From: an uncultured delta proteobacterium
GTDB taxonomy: Bacteria; Myxococcota_A; UBA9160; SZUA-336
Direction: 5' to 3'
NCBI GenBank assembly: GCA_963704165.1
Contig: CAVPHD010000005.1
Coordinates: 160,001 to 224,000 of the forward strand
DNA: 64,000 bases
Under the pieces are notes generated by a model that searched no databases, was not told the origin of the DNA, and saw only the letters and a list, made by a program, of their open reading frames with translations. Made by a program: the position numbers and the translations under genes. This document shows, one piece after another, positions 39,482 to 49,966 of the stretch (positions are counted from its first letter, which is position 1; the number at the start of each line of letters is the position of its first letter).

Positions 39482-40218
39482 ACGTCGAGTTCGCGAGCGG
39501 GGGCGATCGACTCCGCGCCGCGCTCTACCTGCCCGAGGCCGCAGCGGAGAGTTCGAGGACCCGCCCGCCACGGCCGGCCGTGGTGGTCATCCCCGACGTC
39601 TGGGGCCTCCACGATCCGTACCACCGGGTCGCTCGACGACTGGCGGACGCGGGCTTCGTCGCGTTGGCGCTCGATCTCTACTCGCGCGGCGAGAACCCGG
39701 GAACCCCCGCGGACATGCCGGCGGTGATGCGGTTCCTGCACCGCCTTCCGGATCGCCGTGTGCTCGCCGACATCCAGGCCGCCGTCGAGTTCCTGCGTGC
39801 GCGGCCCGAGGTCGGGGGCCGAAAGATCGGGCTGACCGGCTTCTGCATGGGCGGGAAGTACGCGTGTCTGGCCGCTGTTCACTGCACCGGCCTGTCCGCG
39901 GTCGTCTCCTGGTACGGCATGCTTCGCGCCGACACGATCGACGACGCGAATCCCGAGCACGCGATCGACGCCCTCGGGAATCTGTCGATTCCGCTGCTGG
40001 CGTTCTTCGGCGCCGAGGACGTGCTGATCCCGCAATCCGACGTCGAGAAGCTGCGCGAGCGGGCGAAGGCTAGCGGGTTGCCGATCGAGGCGGTGGTCTA
40101 CATCGGGGCAGGGCACGCCTTCGCGAACGATTCACGCCCCGAGAGTTTCCGCGCCGAGGCGGCGGAGGACGCGTGGACGCGCGCGCTCGCCTTCTTCTCC
40201 AGGCAGCTCGAGGTCTGA
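39478..40218 (+). CDS. Dienelactone hydrolase family protein
   Basis: GFCMGG nucleophile, FFGAED, AGHAFAN. Confidence 0.92.
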   Translation: MNVEFASGGDRLRAALYLPEAAAESSRTRPPRPAVVVIPDVWGLHDPYHRVARRLADAGFVALALDLYSRGENPGTPADMPAVMRFLHRLPDRRVLADIQAAVEFLRARPEVGGRKIGLTGFCMGGKYACLAAVHCTGLSAVVSWYGMLRADTIDDANPEHAIDALGNLSIPLLAFFGAEDVLIPQSDVEKLRERAKASGLPIEAVVYIGAGHAFANDSRPESFRAEAAEDAWTRALAFFSRQLEV

Positions 40219-40220
40219 TC

Positions 40221-40604
40221 GTGGATCGGCCGACGAAGCACGAGCTGATCGCCGCGGTCCGCAGCTTCCTCGAGAAGGAACTCCTGCCCGAGCTCGAGGG
40301 CGTTCGCCGCTTCCACGCTCGCGTCTCGGTCAATGCACTCTCGATCGTGCTTCGAGAGCTCGAGCTCGAGGGTGAGCACCGAAGCGCGCAGCACGCGCGG
40401 CTCTCTGCGCTTCTCGGTCGAAACGACGCGAGGCCGTCCGACCCGCGCGAGCTCGATCAGGCGGTCGAGGAGCTGGAGCGCGCGCTCTGCGCCGCGATTC
40501 GCGGCGGCTTCGGCGCAGGTGGAGACGAACGCACGCGTCTGCTCGCACACCTTCGAGCGACGTCCAGCGAGCGCCTCGCCATATCGAACCCGACCTATTC
40601 GTGA
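40221..40604 (+). CDS. Small conserved hypothetical protein (DUF6285-like)
   Basis: DRPTKHELIAAVRSFL..FHARVSVNAL.IVLREL..LCAAIR..LAISNP.Y. Confidence 0.7.
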   Translation: MDRPTKHELIAAVRSFLEKELLPELEGVRRFHARVSVNALSIVLRELELEGEHRSAQHARLSALLGRNDARPSDPRELDQAVEELERALCAAIRGGFGAGGDERTRLLAHLRATSSERLAISNPTYS

Positions 40605-40637
40605 GCTAAGCTCGCCGCCGCCAACGCGGAGGGGTGG

Positions 40638-41891
40638 GTGAGAGAGGCCATCGCATCGGTGGCGCAGCTGCGCGCGTCCTCGACGAGCGTGGACGACGTC
40701 GATTTCTCCGACCTGCACACGCGGGAAGAGATCAGCGTTCGTACCGAGGACGGCTGGGTGCTCGCGCTCACGCGCTACCGCCCGCGTCCGCAGGCCTTTC
40801 CGCAGCCGCTGCTGGGTGTGCCGCTCCTGCTGGTGCATGGCTACACGCAGAACCGCCGTGCGTGGAGCTCCGGCGAGTTCGTGAAGAGCATGCTCTACTT
40901 CGGCGCCGATCTGTTCCTGCTCGAGCTGCGCGGCCACGGCAAGAGCGGAATCGACCAACAGAAGCGCGACGCTCGAGCGAGAGGCGTCGAGCCACCCGCA
41001 GATCTCGACTATCTCTGGGATCTGGACTCACACCTTCTGTTCGATCTGCCCGCGGCCATCGCCGAGGTCAAACGAGTCTCCGGTCGCGAACGCATCTTCT
41101 ACTGCGGTCACAGCCTCGGCGGAATTCTCGGCTACGCCTACGCGACGCTCTTCGACGACCTGCAGGGTTTGATCACGATCGGTTCGCCGTCCGACTTCGC
41201 GCGCCTGCCCGTGTGGCTGCGCCTGCTCGCGTGGGGCCCGGTGCTCGGATTTCCCGCGATCGACGCCGCGCTAGCCGCGGCGAACCTCGCGCGCATCGGT
41301 GCTCGTGCCCTGCAGCGCCTGCCCGGCCTGCGGCCACCGAAGCGCGGCTTCACTCCGTGGCGATTCCGGCGTCTGCCGTTTCGCGCCGCATTCCGCTGGT
41401 TCGAGGGGAATCTTCGCAACGGCGTACACGCGCCCCTGACGGGGCGTCTGCCGTTCAGTCGGCCGCTCTTGTATCAGCCTCGAAACGTCGCGCTCGGAGC
41501 ACTCCGGCCGCTGCTGCGCGAGGGTGGAAACGACGAGCCTCGCGCCACGCTCGAGCAGCTGGCGCGCTGGGCGCGCCGCGGCGAGCTCACGAGTCCGCGA
41601 CTGCGGCACGACATCGCCGCTGCATTCCCGCGCATCGGAATTCCGCTCGCGATCTTCTTCGGCGACGAAGATCCGCTCGCTTCCGTCCGCACCACGCGAA
41701 ACGTCTATCGAGCCGCCTCGAGCGAGTATCTGCTCTGGCGGCCGGTGCGGGGGAACAGTCACCTCGATCTGACGATGGGTTATGACATCCGGCAGATCTG
41801 TTACGACGTGAAGAACCTGATGAGCTACGCGCTCGACCACGAGAGCGGAGGCAATTCGCTCCCGCGCCGCCGTCGCGTTCGCGCGAACTGA
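40638..41891 (+). CDS. Alpha/beta hydrolase (lipase/PHA-synthase-like)
   Basis: TEDGWVLAL, LLVHG, ELRGHG, GHSLGG, GDEDPL, SHLDL. Confidence 0.82.
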   Translation: MREAIASVAQLRASSTSVDDVDFSDLHTREEISVRTEDGWVLALTRYRPRPQAFPQPLLGVPLLLVHGYTQNRRAWSSGEFVKSMLYFGADLFLLELRGHGKSGIDQQKRDARARGVEPPADLDYLWDLDSHLLFDLPAAIAEVKRVSGRERIFYCGHSLGGILGYAYATLFDDLQGLITIGSPSDFARLPVWLRLLAWGPVLGFPAIDAALAAANLARIGARALQRLPGLRPPKRGFTPWRFRRLPFRAAFRWFEGNLRNGVHAPLTGRLPFSRPLLYQPRNVALGALRPLLREGGNDEPRATLEQLARWARRGELTSPRLRHDIAAAFPRIGIPLAIFFGDEDPLASVRTTRNVYRAASSEYLLWRPVRGNSHLDLTMGYDIRQICYDVKNLMSYALDHESGGNSLPRRRRVRAN

Positions 41892-41899
41892 ACTGGGCC

Positions 41900-42535
41900 T
41901 TGGAAATCCTTCTCGTCCGACACGGAGAAGTGGAGGCCGAGGCCGCCCTGACGCGCGGCGACCCGCCGCTTTCCGACGCGGGGCGCGAACAGGCGCGGGA
42001 GCTCGCTCTACGTCTCTCGGACGTCCGCATCGATACCTGCCTCGTGTCGCCGCTGGTGCGTGCGCAAGAGACCGCGCGGCTGCTCGTCGAGGGACGCGGG
42101 ATTCCGCTCGAGACGCATGCGTGCCTGGCCGAGGGTGCCTGGGGAGACCTCGAGGGGATCGAGCCCGCAGAGGCACGACGCCGCTTCCCGGAGTTCTACC
42201 GACGGGGCCGCACCGTCCTGGCTCGGCTCGCGGCTTCCGGACGAACCGCGCCGGGCGGAGAGACGCGTGCGGAGTTCCTGGCGCGAGCGAGATCGGCACA
42301 GGCCCTCGTGTCCGCGCCGCTCTTCCACCCGACCTCGCGTGCGCTCGTGGTCTCGCACGGCGGTCTGCTCGCGTACCTGGTGCAGCTGCTTGTGGGGCAT
42401 GAACCCCGCGATGACGCTTCGATCGGCTTCGATTTCTGCGCGGTCGCGCGCGTGATCGCGTATCGCGAGGATCCTTCGTTCGGTCCATTCGCGATGCTGC
42501 GCTTCGGCTCCGACGGAGCTCCTCGCACCTCGTGA
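41900..42535 (+). CDS. Histidine phosphatase (phosphoglycerate mutase family)
   Basis: LVRHGE, SPLVRAQET, PGGE, VVSHGG. Confidence 0.9.
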   Translation: MEILLVRHGEVEAEAALTRGDPPLSDAGREQARELALRLSDVRIDTCLVSPLVRAQETARLLVEGRGIPLETHACLAEGAWGDLEGIEPAEARRRFPEFYRRGRTVLARLAASGRTAPGGETRAEFLARARSAQALVSAPLFHPTSRALVVSHGGLLAYLVQLLVGHEPRDDASIGFDFCAVARVIAYREDPSFGPFAMLRFGSDGAPRTS

Positions 42536-42620
42536 TGCAGCGATTCGCTGCACTGGACGGCTGGGGTGCGCGAGTCGCCTTGACCCGCCTACGCGCCACG
42601 GGTAACTATCCGCCCGCACC

Positions 42621-43217
42621 ATGCAACCGCGGAAGAGAACTGCCATCGGGCTCTGTGTCCTCGCCGTCTGCGCGTCGGTTCTGACGGCGACGGCTGCGAG
42701 CATGTACGAGTACACGCCCGACGAGCTCGCCGGTCCCGAGCAGCCGATCGCGTTCAGCCACGAGATCCATGCGGGTACGGCAGAGGCCGGAAATCTCGGC
42801 ATCCCGTGTCTGTACTGCCATGGGCCCGCCGAGCGCGGTCCGAACGCCACCGTGCCGCCGGTTTCGACTTGCCTGGGTTGCCACAACTACGTGAAGGCCG
42901 GCCGCACCGAGGGTTCGGCGGAAGAGATCGCGAAGATCCACGAGTACGCGGCGAAGGGCGAGTCGATTCCCTGGGTCCGGATCCACCACGTTCCCGATCA
43001 CGTGCAGTTCAAGCACATGCGCCACGTGAACGCGGGCGTGCAGTGCCAGGAGTGCCACGGCGAGGTCCAGGACATGAAGCGCGTCTACCTGGTTCCGCAC
43101 ACTCAGTTCACCAGACGAAGTCTCTTCACGCCATCGCAGAAGCTCGAGATGGGCTGGTGCATGGAGTGCCACCTGCAACGCGGCGCATCCGACGACTGCG
43201 CGGCCTGCCACCACTAG
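42621..43217 (+). CDS. actA: Alternative complex III pentaheme cytochrome c subunit
   Basis: N-terminal TM, QPIAFSHEIH, five CxxCH motifs (CLYCH, CLGCH, CQECH, CMECH, CAACH). Confidence 0.9.
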   Translation: MQPRKRTAIGLCVLAVCASVLTATAASMYEYTPDELAGPEQPIAFSHEIHAGTAEAGNLGIPCLYCHGPAERGPNATVPPVSTCLGCHNYVKAGRTEGSAEEIAKIHEYAAKGESIPWVRIHHVPDHVQFKHMRHVNAGVQCQECHGEVQDMKRVYLVPHTQFTRRSLFTPSQKLEMGWCMECHLQRGASDDCAACHH

Positions 43218-43241
43218 AAGAGCCGGGGACCCGAACACACG

Positions 43242-46235
43242 ATGCCGGAGATCGATCGCCGAGACTTCCTGAAGATCGTGGGCATGACCGCGGGCGCGGC
43301 GGCAACCGTCGCGTGCAAGGAACCGGTCCACAAGATCATCCCGTACCTGAATCAGCCCGCCGAGGTGATTCCGGGCATCGCGACGCACTACAACAGCACG
43401 TGTAGGGCGTGCCCCGCCTCTTGCTCGGTGCGCGTCAAGACGCGCGAAGGCCGGCCGATCAAGATCGAGGGAAATCCGGACGACTCCCTCTCCCGCGGTC
43501 GCGTCTGCGTGCGCGGTGAGTTAGACCTGATGCGCACCTACGACCACGCGCGCTTCAGGCGCCCGATGAAGCGCGTCACCCGTCCGGACGGCTCGATCGC
43601 CTACGACCCGACCACCTGGGAAGCCGCCATGGCGCAGCTGGTCGACGCGCTGCGCGCGAACCCCGGCAAGGCGTTCTTCCTGGGCGGACACGAGACCGGC
43701 ACACGCGATGCGCTGATCGATCAAGCGCTCGCCGCGATCGGCTCCCCCGGTCAGCGGTTGCGTTTCGAGCCCTTTGCGTACGAGGCGCTCCGTCGCGCCG
43801 ACGACCTGGTGTTTGGAACGCGCGCCGTGCCGCAGTTCCGGATCGCCGAAGCCGACGTGCTCGTCGCCTTTGGAACTGATTTCCTGGAGACCTGGCTCTC
43901 TCCGCTCGCGAACCAGATCGGATTCTCCGACGCCCGCCGTGATGCGAAGGGATACGGGATCTTCGTCGGTCCGCGACTCGGCCTTTCGGGCGGCAACATG
44001 GATCAGTGGCTCGCTCCGACGCCGGGCACCGAGGTTCTCGTGGCGATCGCGCTCGCGAGCGAGGTCGCTCGGCGCAAGGGCTCCGCTCCGGACGCGCTGC
44101 GCGGGGTGTTCTCGAAGTACACCGCAGCGTCCGTTGCCGAGCGCACGGGGATCCCGGCTTCCCTTCTCGAGAAGGTCGCGGATCGAATCGCGCAAGCCGC
44201 GGCGCCGCTCGCGCTTCCGCCGGGCGTCGAGGTTCAGGGCATGAACGCCGCGCGCTTCGCAGCGGCGGTGCAGATCCTGAACGTCGTCTCCGGAGCCGTC
44301 GGCAAGACGGTGGCCTTCGGCGCGGATCACAACGTCGGCAAGCTCGCGCGCTTCCAGGATCTGAAGGAGCTCGCCGGGAGGATGCGCGGCGGCGAGGTTG
44401 GCGTCCTGCTCGTGCACGATACGAATCCCGCGCTCACCGCGCCTCAGGTCGGGATCGCCGACGCGATCGTCTCCGGCAAGGTCTTCACGATCAGCTTCGC
44501 GAGCGCGCCGAACGAAACCTCGAACCTCGCCGATCTCGTCCTTCCCGACCACACGCCGAACGAGTCGTGGGGAGACGCGGAGCCGGTGCGCGGCGTGAAG
44601 CAGGTTCAGCAGCCGACGCTGCGCCCGCTCTTCGACACGCGCGCGACCGTCGAAGTCCTGCTCGATGCCGCACGCGCGCTCGGCGGGACGGTTCCCGAGG
44701 GCAGCCTGCGCGATCAGCTCCGCTCCGCTTGGGGCGGGCAATCGAGCTTCGACGCCGCGCTCGCACGGGGAGGCGAGAGGCAGAGCGTCGCTGCGGTCTC
44801 CGTCGGGCTCGCGCCCGGCGTCGGCTCGATCGACTTCGAGCCTGCGCCGCTGGCTGGCGACGCCGCGAATCCGGTCCTCGTCGTGTATCCGTCGCACCAT
44901 CTCTTCGACGGGCGACTCGCTCGGATCCAGGCGCTGCACGAGATCCCGGACCCGGTCACGAAGACGATGTGGGGCAGCTACGCGGAGCTGCATCCCGAGA
45001 CCGCGACCGCACTCGGCGTCGAGCTCGGCGACGTACTCACCGTCACGACCGAGGGCGGGGAAGTCCAGATCACCGCTTTCCCGCACACGGCGATCCGCCC
45101 CGGCGTGATCGCGATCCAGGTCGGTCGAGGCACCGTCGCACGCGATTCCGAAGCGCCGCTTTCCGGTCAGGGTATGTGGGGACGCGACGTCGTCGGTGTG
45201 AACGCGTTCGAGCTGATTCCCGGCCGACTCGATGCCGAGAGCGGCGCGCTCGCCTGGCTCTCGACTCGCGCAGCGGTCAAGAACACGAAGGTTCGCGCCA
45301 CCGTCACGCGCGCACAGATCACCTTCGATCAGGAAGATCGCGGATTCGGAAAGGCGGTCGGAATCGCGGCTCTTCCGCATCTCGAGCCGTGGGGCAAGAA
45401 AGCCCACGGTGGGGGGCACGAGAAGAAGTCCGACGGCGAGCACGCGGTGGTCACGCCGTGGCAGGGGGACGCCGAGCACCTCGTGATCCAGGAATACGAC
45501 GTCGCCGCGGACGCGGGCGCAGACAGCCCGTACCGCTGGGGAATGTCGATCGATCAGGACGCCTGCACGGGATGCAATGCCTGCATCGCGGCCTGCGTCA
45601 CCGAGAACAACATCCCGGTCGTCGGCCCGACGAACGCGCGCGTCGGCCGCGAGATGCACTGGATCCGGATCGCACGGTTCGTCGAGACGGTCGGCGAGAA
45701 CGAGATCGACGTCCGTCACATACCTTCGCTCTGCCAGCATTGCGGCGCAGCGCCGTGCGAGAGCGTCTGTCCCGCCATCGCGACCTATCACAGCGCCGAA
45801 GGGCTGAACGTGATGGTGCCCAACCGCTGCATCGGAACGCGGTTCTGCGCCAACAACTGCCCCTACAAGGCGCGGCGCTTCAATCACTGGGCGTACGATT
45901 GGTACGTCCCGGAACCGGAACATCTCGCGCTCAATCCCGACGTGATGGTGCGTTCGAAGGGCGTGATGGAGAAGTGCACGTTCTGCGTCCAGCGCATCAA
46001 CGGCGCGAAGGACACGGCGCGGCGCGAGAACCGGACCGTTCGCGACGGCGAGTTCACCGTCGCCTGCGCTCAGGCGTGCCCGTCGAACGCGATCACCTTC
46101 GGCAACCTGCGCGACGCGGAGTCGGCCGTCGCGAAGGTGCGGACGATCCCGCGCGCCTATCGGCTCCTGGAACACTTGTATACGCGGCCCGCGGTCTCCT
46201 ACCTGATGTCGATCCGGCGCGTGGAAGAGGCGTAA
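43242..46235 (+). CDS. actB: Alternative complex III subunit B (molybdopterin-oxidoreductase-like domain fused to Fe-S ferredoxin domain)
   Basis: Tat signal RRDFLK, REGRPIKIEGNP, C-terminal CTGCNACIAAC, CQHC..APCE.VCP, CIGTRFCANNCPY, MEKCTFC, ACAQACP. Confidence 0.92.
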   Translation: MPEIDRRDFLKIVGMTAGAAATVACKEPVHKIIPYLNQPAEVIPGIATHYNSTCRACPASCSVRVKTREGRPIKIEGNPDDSLSRGRVCVRGELDLMRTYDHARFRRPMKRVTRPDGSIAYDPTTWEAAMAQLVDALRANPGKAFFLGGHETGTRDALIDQALAAIGSPGQRLRFEPFAYEALRRADDLVFGTRAVPQFRIAEADVLVAFGTDFLETWLSPLANQIGFSDARRDAKGYGIFVGPRLGLSGGNMDQWLAPTPGTEVLVAIALASEVARRKGSAPDALRGVFSKYTAASVAERTGIPASLLEKVADRIAQAAAPLALPPGVEVQGMNAARFAAAVQILNVVSGAVGKTVAFGADHNVGKLARFQDLKELAGRMRGGEVGVLLVHDTNPALTAPQVGIADAIVSGKVFTISFASAPNETSNLADLVLPDHTPNESWGDAEPVRGVKQVQQPTLRPLFDTRATVEVLLDAARALGGTVPEGSLRDQLRSAWGGQSSFDAALARGGERQSVAAVSVGLAPGVGSIDFEPAPLAGDAANPVLVVYPSHHLFDGRLARIQALHEIPDPVTKTMWGSYAELHPETATALGVELGDVLTVTTEGGEVQITAFPHTAIRPGVIAIQVGRGTVARDSEAPLSGQGMWGRDVVGVNAFELIPGRLDAESGALAWLSTRAAVKNTKVRATVTRAQITFDQEDRGFGKAVGIAALPHLEPWGKKAHGGGHEKKSDGEHAVVTPWQGDAEHLVIQEYDVAADAGADSPYRWGMSIDQDACTGCNACIAACVTENNIPVVGPTNARVGREMHWIRIARFVETVGENEIDVRHIPSLCQHCGAAPCESVCPAIATYHSAEGLNVMVPNRCIGTRFCANNCPYKARRFNHWAYDWYVPEPEHLALNPDVMVRSKGVMEKCTFCVQRINGAKDTARRENRTVRDGEFTVACAQACPSNAITFGNLRDAESAVAKVRTIPRAYRLLEHLYTRPAVSYLMSIRRVEEA

Positions 46236-46241
46236 GCACCC

Positions 46242-47582
46242 ATGGCGGCGATCACCGAACCCGTTCCACAGAGCCCGGATCAGATCAACGACGACATCCT
46301 GCGCGTTCTGGAGCCACCCACGCCCCTCTACGTGCTCGGCGTGCTCTTCTGCGCGACGCTCTTCGCCTTCGGTCTGATCGCGTTCCTCTACCAGACCTAC
46401 TGGGGCATGGGGCCGACCGGACTGACGCATCCCGTGATGTGGGGCGTGTACATCACGACCTTCGTGTTCTGGGTCGGTATCGCGCACGCGGGCACGCTGA
46501 TCTCGGCGATCCTCTTCTTGTTCCGCGCGAAGTGGCGCAACGCGGTGAATCGCGGCGCGGAGTCGATGACGGTCTTCGCCGTGCTGATCGCGGCGATGTT
46601 CCCGCTGATCCACATCGGCCGTGTCTACAAGTTCTATTTCATGATGCCCTACCCGAATCAGCGCGGGCTCTGGGTCAACTTCAAGTCGCCGCTGGTCTGG
46701 GATCTGTTCGCGATCAACACGTACATGCTCGTCTCGATCATGTTCTTCTTCGTCGGGCTCGTCCCCGACCTCGCCGCGGCCCGCGACCGCGTCCGCGACT
46801 GGCGCCGGCACCTCTACCGCGTGCTCGCGCTCGGGTGGCGCGGCTCGTCCGAGCAGTGGCGCCACTGGTCGCGTGCCGTCTTGCACCTTTCGGGGCTGGC
46901 GACGCCGCTGGTCCTGTCGGTGCACAGCGTCGTGTCCTGGGACTTCGCCACGTCGCTGGTGCCGGGCTGGCACACCACGATCTTCGCGCCGTACTTCGTC
47001 GCCGGCGCGATCTTCTCCGGCGTCGCGATGGTCATCACCGTGCTCGTGCCGGTGCGCAAGGCGTTCGGACTCGAAGCGTATCTGCGCAAAGAGCACTTCG
47101 ACAACATGGGCAAGTTGATCCTGCTCACGTCGTCGATCGTCGGGTACTCCTACGGCTTGGAGTACTTCATGGCGTGGTACAGCGCGAACCCGTACGAGCA
47201 GATGTCGTTCTGGTTCCGCGGATTCGGTTACCACTGGACCTCGACCTGGATCATGATCAGCTGCAACGTGCTCTCGCCGCTGCCGCTCTGGTTCAAGTGG
47301 TGCCGCACGAACGTCGCCTGGATGTGGGTCACGTCGATCTTCATCAACATCGGCATGTGGTTCGAGCGCTACGTGATCATCATGACGGGCCTCTCGCACG
47401 AGTACGATCCCGCCGCCTGGGGCTACTACGTGCCGAGCATCACCGAGCTCACGGTTCTCGTCGCGAGCTTCGGGCTCTTCCTCACCATGTTCCTCGTCTT
47501 CCTGCGTCTTGCACCGGTGATCGCGATCCAGGAAGTGAAGGAGCTCTGGTTCGAAGCCCGAAGCGAGAAGGGGCATCACTGA
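46242..47582 (+). CDS. actC: Alternative complex III quinol-binding NrfD/PsrC-type subunit
   Basis: WGVYITTFVFWVGIAHAGTLISAIL, HIGR, NFKSPLVWD, SVHSVVSWDF, GMWFERY. Confidence 0.93.
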   Translation: MAAITEPVPQSPDQINDDILRVLEPPTPLYVLGVLFCATLFAFGLIAFLYQTYWGMGPTGLTHPVMWGVYITTFVFWVGIAHAGTLISAILFLFRAKWRNAVNRGAESMTVFAVLIAAMFPLIHIGRVYKFYFMMPYPNQRGLWVNFKSPLVWDLFAINTYMLVSIMFFFVGLVPDLAAARDRVRDWRRHLYRVLALGWRGSSEQWRHWSRAVLHLSGLATPLVLSVHSVVSWDFATSLVPGWHTTIFAPYFVAGAIFSGVAMVITVLVPVRKAFGLEAYLRKEHFDNMGKLILLTSSIVGYSYGLEYFMAWYSANPYEQMSFWFRGFGYHWTSTWIMISCNVLSPLPLWFKWCRTNVAWMWVTSIFINIGMWFERYVIIMTGLSHEYDPAAWGYYVPSITELTVLVASFGLFLTMFLVFLRLAPVIAIQEVKELWFEARSEKGHH

Positions 47583-48085
47583 TGGCGCAGGTGCTCGGCA
47601 TCCTGAAGACGCCGGACGAGATGGTCTCGGCGATCCAATCGCTGAAGTCCGCGGGCTTCGACAAGCTCGAGGTCTACTCGCCGGTTCCGAGTCACGGGAT
47701 CGAAGAAGCGCTCGATCGCGGTCCGTCGCTGGTGCGTCTGTTCACGCTGATCGGCAGCCTCACGGGCGTGACGTTCGGTTACTTCCTCCAGATCTGGGTC
47801 GCGTACGAGTGGCCCGTCGTGATCGGTGGCAAGCCGTTCGCGTCGATCCCCGCGTACACCATCGTCGGCTTCGAGCTGAACATCCTGCTCGGCGCCCTCT
47901 TCACGGTCCTCTCTCTGATGTTCCTGGGCATGTGGAAGACGCGGAAGGGACACGACGCGTACCAACCCAGTTTCTCGGGCGATCAGTTCGGCTGCGTGGT
48001 CTCTTGCCATGGCGATCAGATCGCGCGCGCGCAGGATCTGCTGAAGCGCAGCGGCTCCACGGAGGTGCGAGTTGTCGAGAGCTAA
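47582..48085 (+). CDS. actD: Alternative complex III subunit D (DUF3341-type)
   Basis: End of ORF 44006: MAQVLGIL..EVYSPVPSHGIEEAL, WPVVIGGKP, FELNILL; TGATG coupling to actC. Confidence 0.88.
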   Translation: MAQVLGILKTPDEMVSAIQSLKSAGFDKLEVYSPVPSHGIEEALDRGPSLVRLFTLIGSLTGVTFGYFLQIWVAYEWPVVIGGKPFASIPAYTIVGFELNILLGALFTVLSLMFLGMWKTRKGHDAYQPSFSGDQFGCVVSCHGDQIARAQDLLKRSGSTEVRVVES

Positions 48086-48617
48086 GACCCTCGCGACGCT
48101 GCTCGCGGTCCTCCTGACGTCCGGATGTTGGGAGCAGGTCGACAAGCACTGGTTCTCCCAGATGAAGAACGGCCCCGCGGTGCAGGCGCTCGCCCAGCCG
48201 CCACGCGTTCCGCCCGAGGGCACGATCCCGGCCGGAGGCATGGCGCCGCGTCTTCCCGCGGACTACCCGATGCCGCTTCAGGCCCCCGAGGGACGCGCGC
48301 TCGCGAACCCGATCGCGCCGACGCCCGAGTCGATCGCGCGAGGCAAGGCGCAGTACGAGACGGGCTGCGCGGTGTGTCACGGCGCCGACGGACTCTCGGT
48401 GCCCGGCCCGCAGAACCCGGTCGCCCTGAAGTTGATTCAGAACGGCGCGGTGGTCTTCCCGCTCGCCGGCATTCCCGCGTACACCGACGGGATGATCTTC
48501 TACAAGATCTGGTACGGGAAGCCGAACATGCCCGGCTACCCGCAGATCCCTGAAGCGGACCGCTGGCACATCATCAATTACCTGCGCACGCTGTTCAAAG
48601 GGGCCCCCCAGCCGTGA
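48072..48617 (+). CDS. actE: Alternative complex III monoheme cytochrome c lipoprotein
   Basis: Lipobox LTSG-C, PPEGTIP, CAVCHG, MPGY, DRWHII. Confidence 0.88.
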   Translation: MSRAKTLATLLAVLLTSGCWEQVDKHWFSQMKNGPAVQALAQPPRVPPEGTIPAGGMAPRLPADYPMPLQAPEGRALANPIAPTPESIARGKAQYETGCAVCHGADGLSVPGPQNPVALKLIQNGAVVFPLAGIPAYTDGMIFYKIWYGKPNMPGYPQIPEADRWHIINYLRTLFKGAPQP

Positions 48618-49909
48618 GTCACGACACAGCGTCTCCCGGATCCCTGCCGAAGGTCCCCGCCGCCGTCTTCGGCGCGCTCGTCGCTGTCGGGGCGGTCACG
48701 TTGATCTTCGGCGCGGCGAGCTCCGACGTCGAGCTCGCCAACCGCACATATCGCGTGTTCCTGCACAACTGGCTGCTCTGGGCCGTGCTCTCGAACGGCG
48801 CCTTGGTGTTTTCGGCGGCCATGCGGCTCACGAACGCGAACTGGCAGGGACCGATCCAGCGCGTGGCTGATTCGATGGGCGCGTACGTTCCGGCGTCGCT
48901 CCTGCTCTTCTCGGTGATCTACTTCGGCCGCCACCATCTCTTCGAGTGGGTCGAGCATCCGATCCACGGCAAGGAGTTCTGGTTCGAGCCGACGTTCACG
49001 TTCACCCGCGACCTGATTGCGCTGGTCTGGATCACCTTCATTTCCGTGTTCTACCAATACCTGTCGATCCGGCCGATGCTGGGCCGCGCGCGAGAGACCG
49101 CGACCGGACTGCGCGGCGCGATCTACGCGCGCTGGACCGCGGGTTGGCGTGGCGAAGAGCGCGAGCGAGATCTCGCTTCGAGGCGCGCCCGCAAGCTCGC
49201 CGCCGTCCTCGCGCTGTCGTATGCCATCTGTTACTCGCTGATCGGCATCGACATGATCATGTCACTCGCCGCCGAGTGGGTGAGCACGATGTTCCCGGCC
49301 TACTACGCCTGGGGAGGATTTCTTTCCGCGATCTCGATGACGACGCTGATCTGTCTCGTCATGCGAAACTCGAAGGAGCTGTCGGGCCAGATCACCACGA
49401 GCCGCATGCACGACCTTGGCAAGATGGTTTTCGCGTTCTCGATCTTCTGGATGTACTTGTTCTGGTCGCAGTACTTCGTGATCTGGTACGCGAACATCCC
49501 CGAAGAGACCGGGTTCATCCTGAACCGGCTCGGCACCGAGTTCGTGCAGGACACCTGGTACTTCGCCGGGTACTTCACGCGATTGGCCGAACCGTACGTG
49601 CACCTGACGCTCGCGGCCTGGTTCCTGATCTGGGTGATCCCCTTCTGGGTTCTGCTCGGAGCGAAGCCGAAGAAGACACCCGCAATCCTCGGAACGGTCA
49701 CCGTCGGTTCTCTGCTCGGCTTCTATCTCGAGCGCTACATCCTGGTGACGCCATCGCTGATCCCGCCGAAGGCCGTGCTCGAGGGCGCTGCGGTCACCCC
49801 GTTCGGAGTGGTCGAGCTGGGGATCGCCGTCGGCTTCATCGGCCTTTTCTTCATCTGCTTCCTCGGCTTCGCCAAAGTCTTCCCGGGAACGCTTCCGGCC
49901 AAGAGCTGA
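48614..49909 (+). CDS. actF: Alternative complex III membrane subunit F
   Basis: Polytopic; DMIMSL..EWVSTMF, HDLGKMVFAFSIFWMYLFWSQYFVIWYANIPEE. Confidence 0.92.
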   Translation: MSHDTASPGSLPKVPAAVFGALVAVGAVTLIFGAASSDVELANRTYRVFLHNWLLWAVLSNGALVFSAAMRLTNANWQGPIQRVADSMGAYVPASLLLFSVIYFGRHHLFEWVEHPIHGKEFWFEPTFTFTRDLIALVWITFISVFYQYLSIRPMLGRARETATGLRGAIYARWTAGWRGEERERDLASRRARKLAAVLALSYAICYSLIGIDMIMSLAAEWVSTMFPAYYAWGGFLSAISMTTLICLVMRNSKELSGQITTSRMHDLGKMVFAFSIFWMYLFWSQYFVIWYANIPEETGFILNRLGTEFVQDTWYFAGYFTRLAEPYVHLTLAAWFLIWVIPFWVLLGAKPKKTPAILGTVTVGSLLGFYLERYILVTPSLIPPKAVLEGAAVTPFGVVELGIAVGFIGLFFICFLGFAKVFPGTLPAKS

Positions 49910-49966
49910 CGGTCGTCCGCTCACCGCGGATGTCCTCTGCTACCATCGCGACAGCGAGTATGGCCG

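Noticed and set aside
43521..48085. Very long ORFs of 1352 aa (-) and 1359 aa (+), and similar Arg/Ala-rich ORFs throughout
   Set aside because: These are antisense or alternate-frame shadows of real genes in high-GC DNA. Only the last 167 aa of 44006..48085 (actD) is real.
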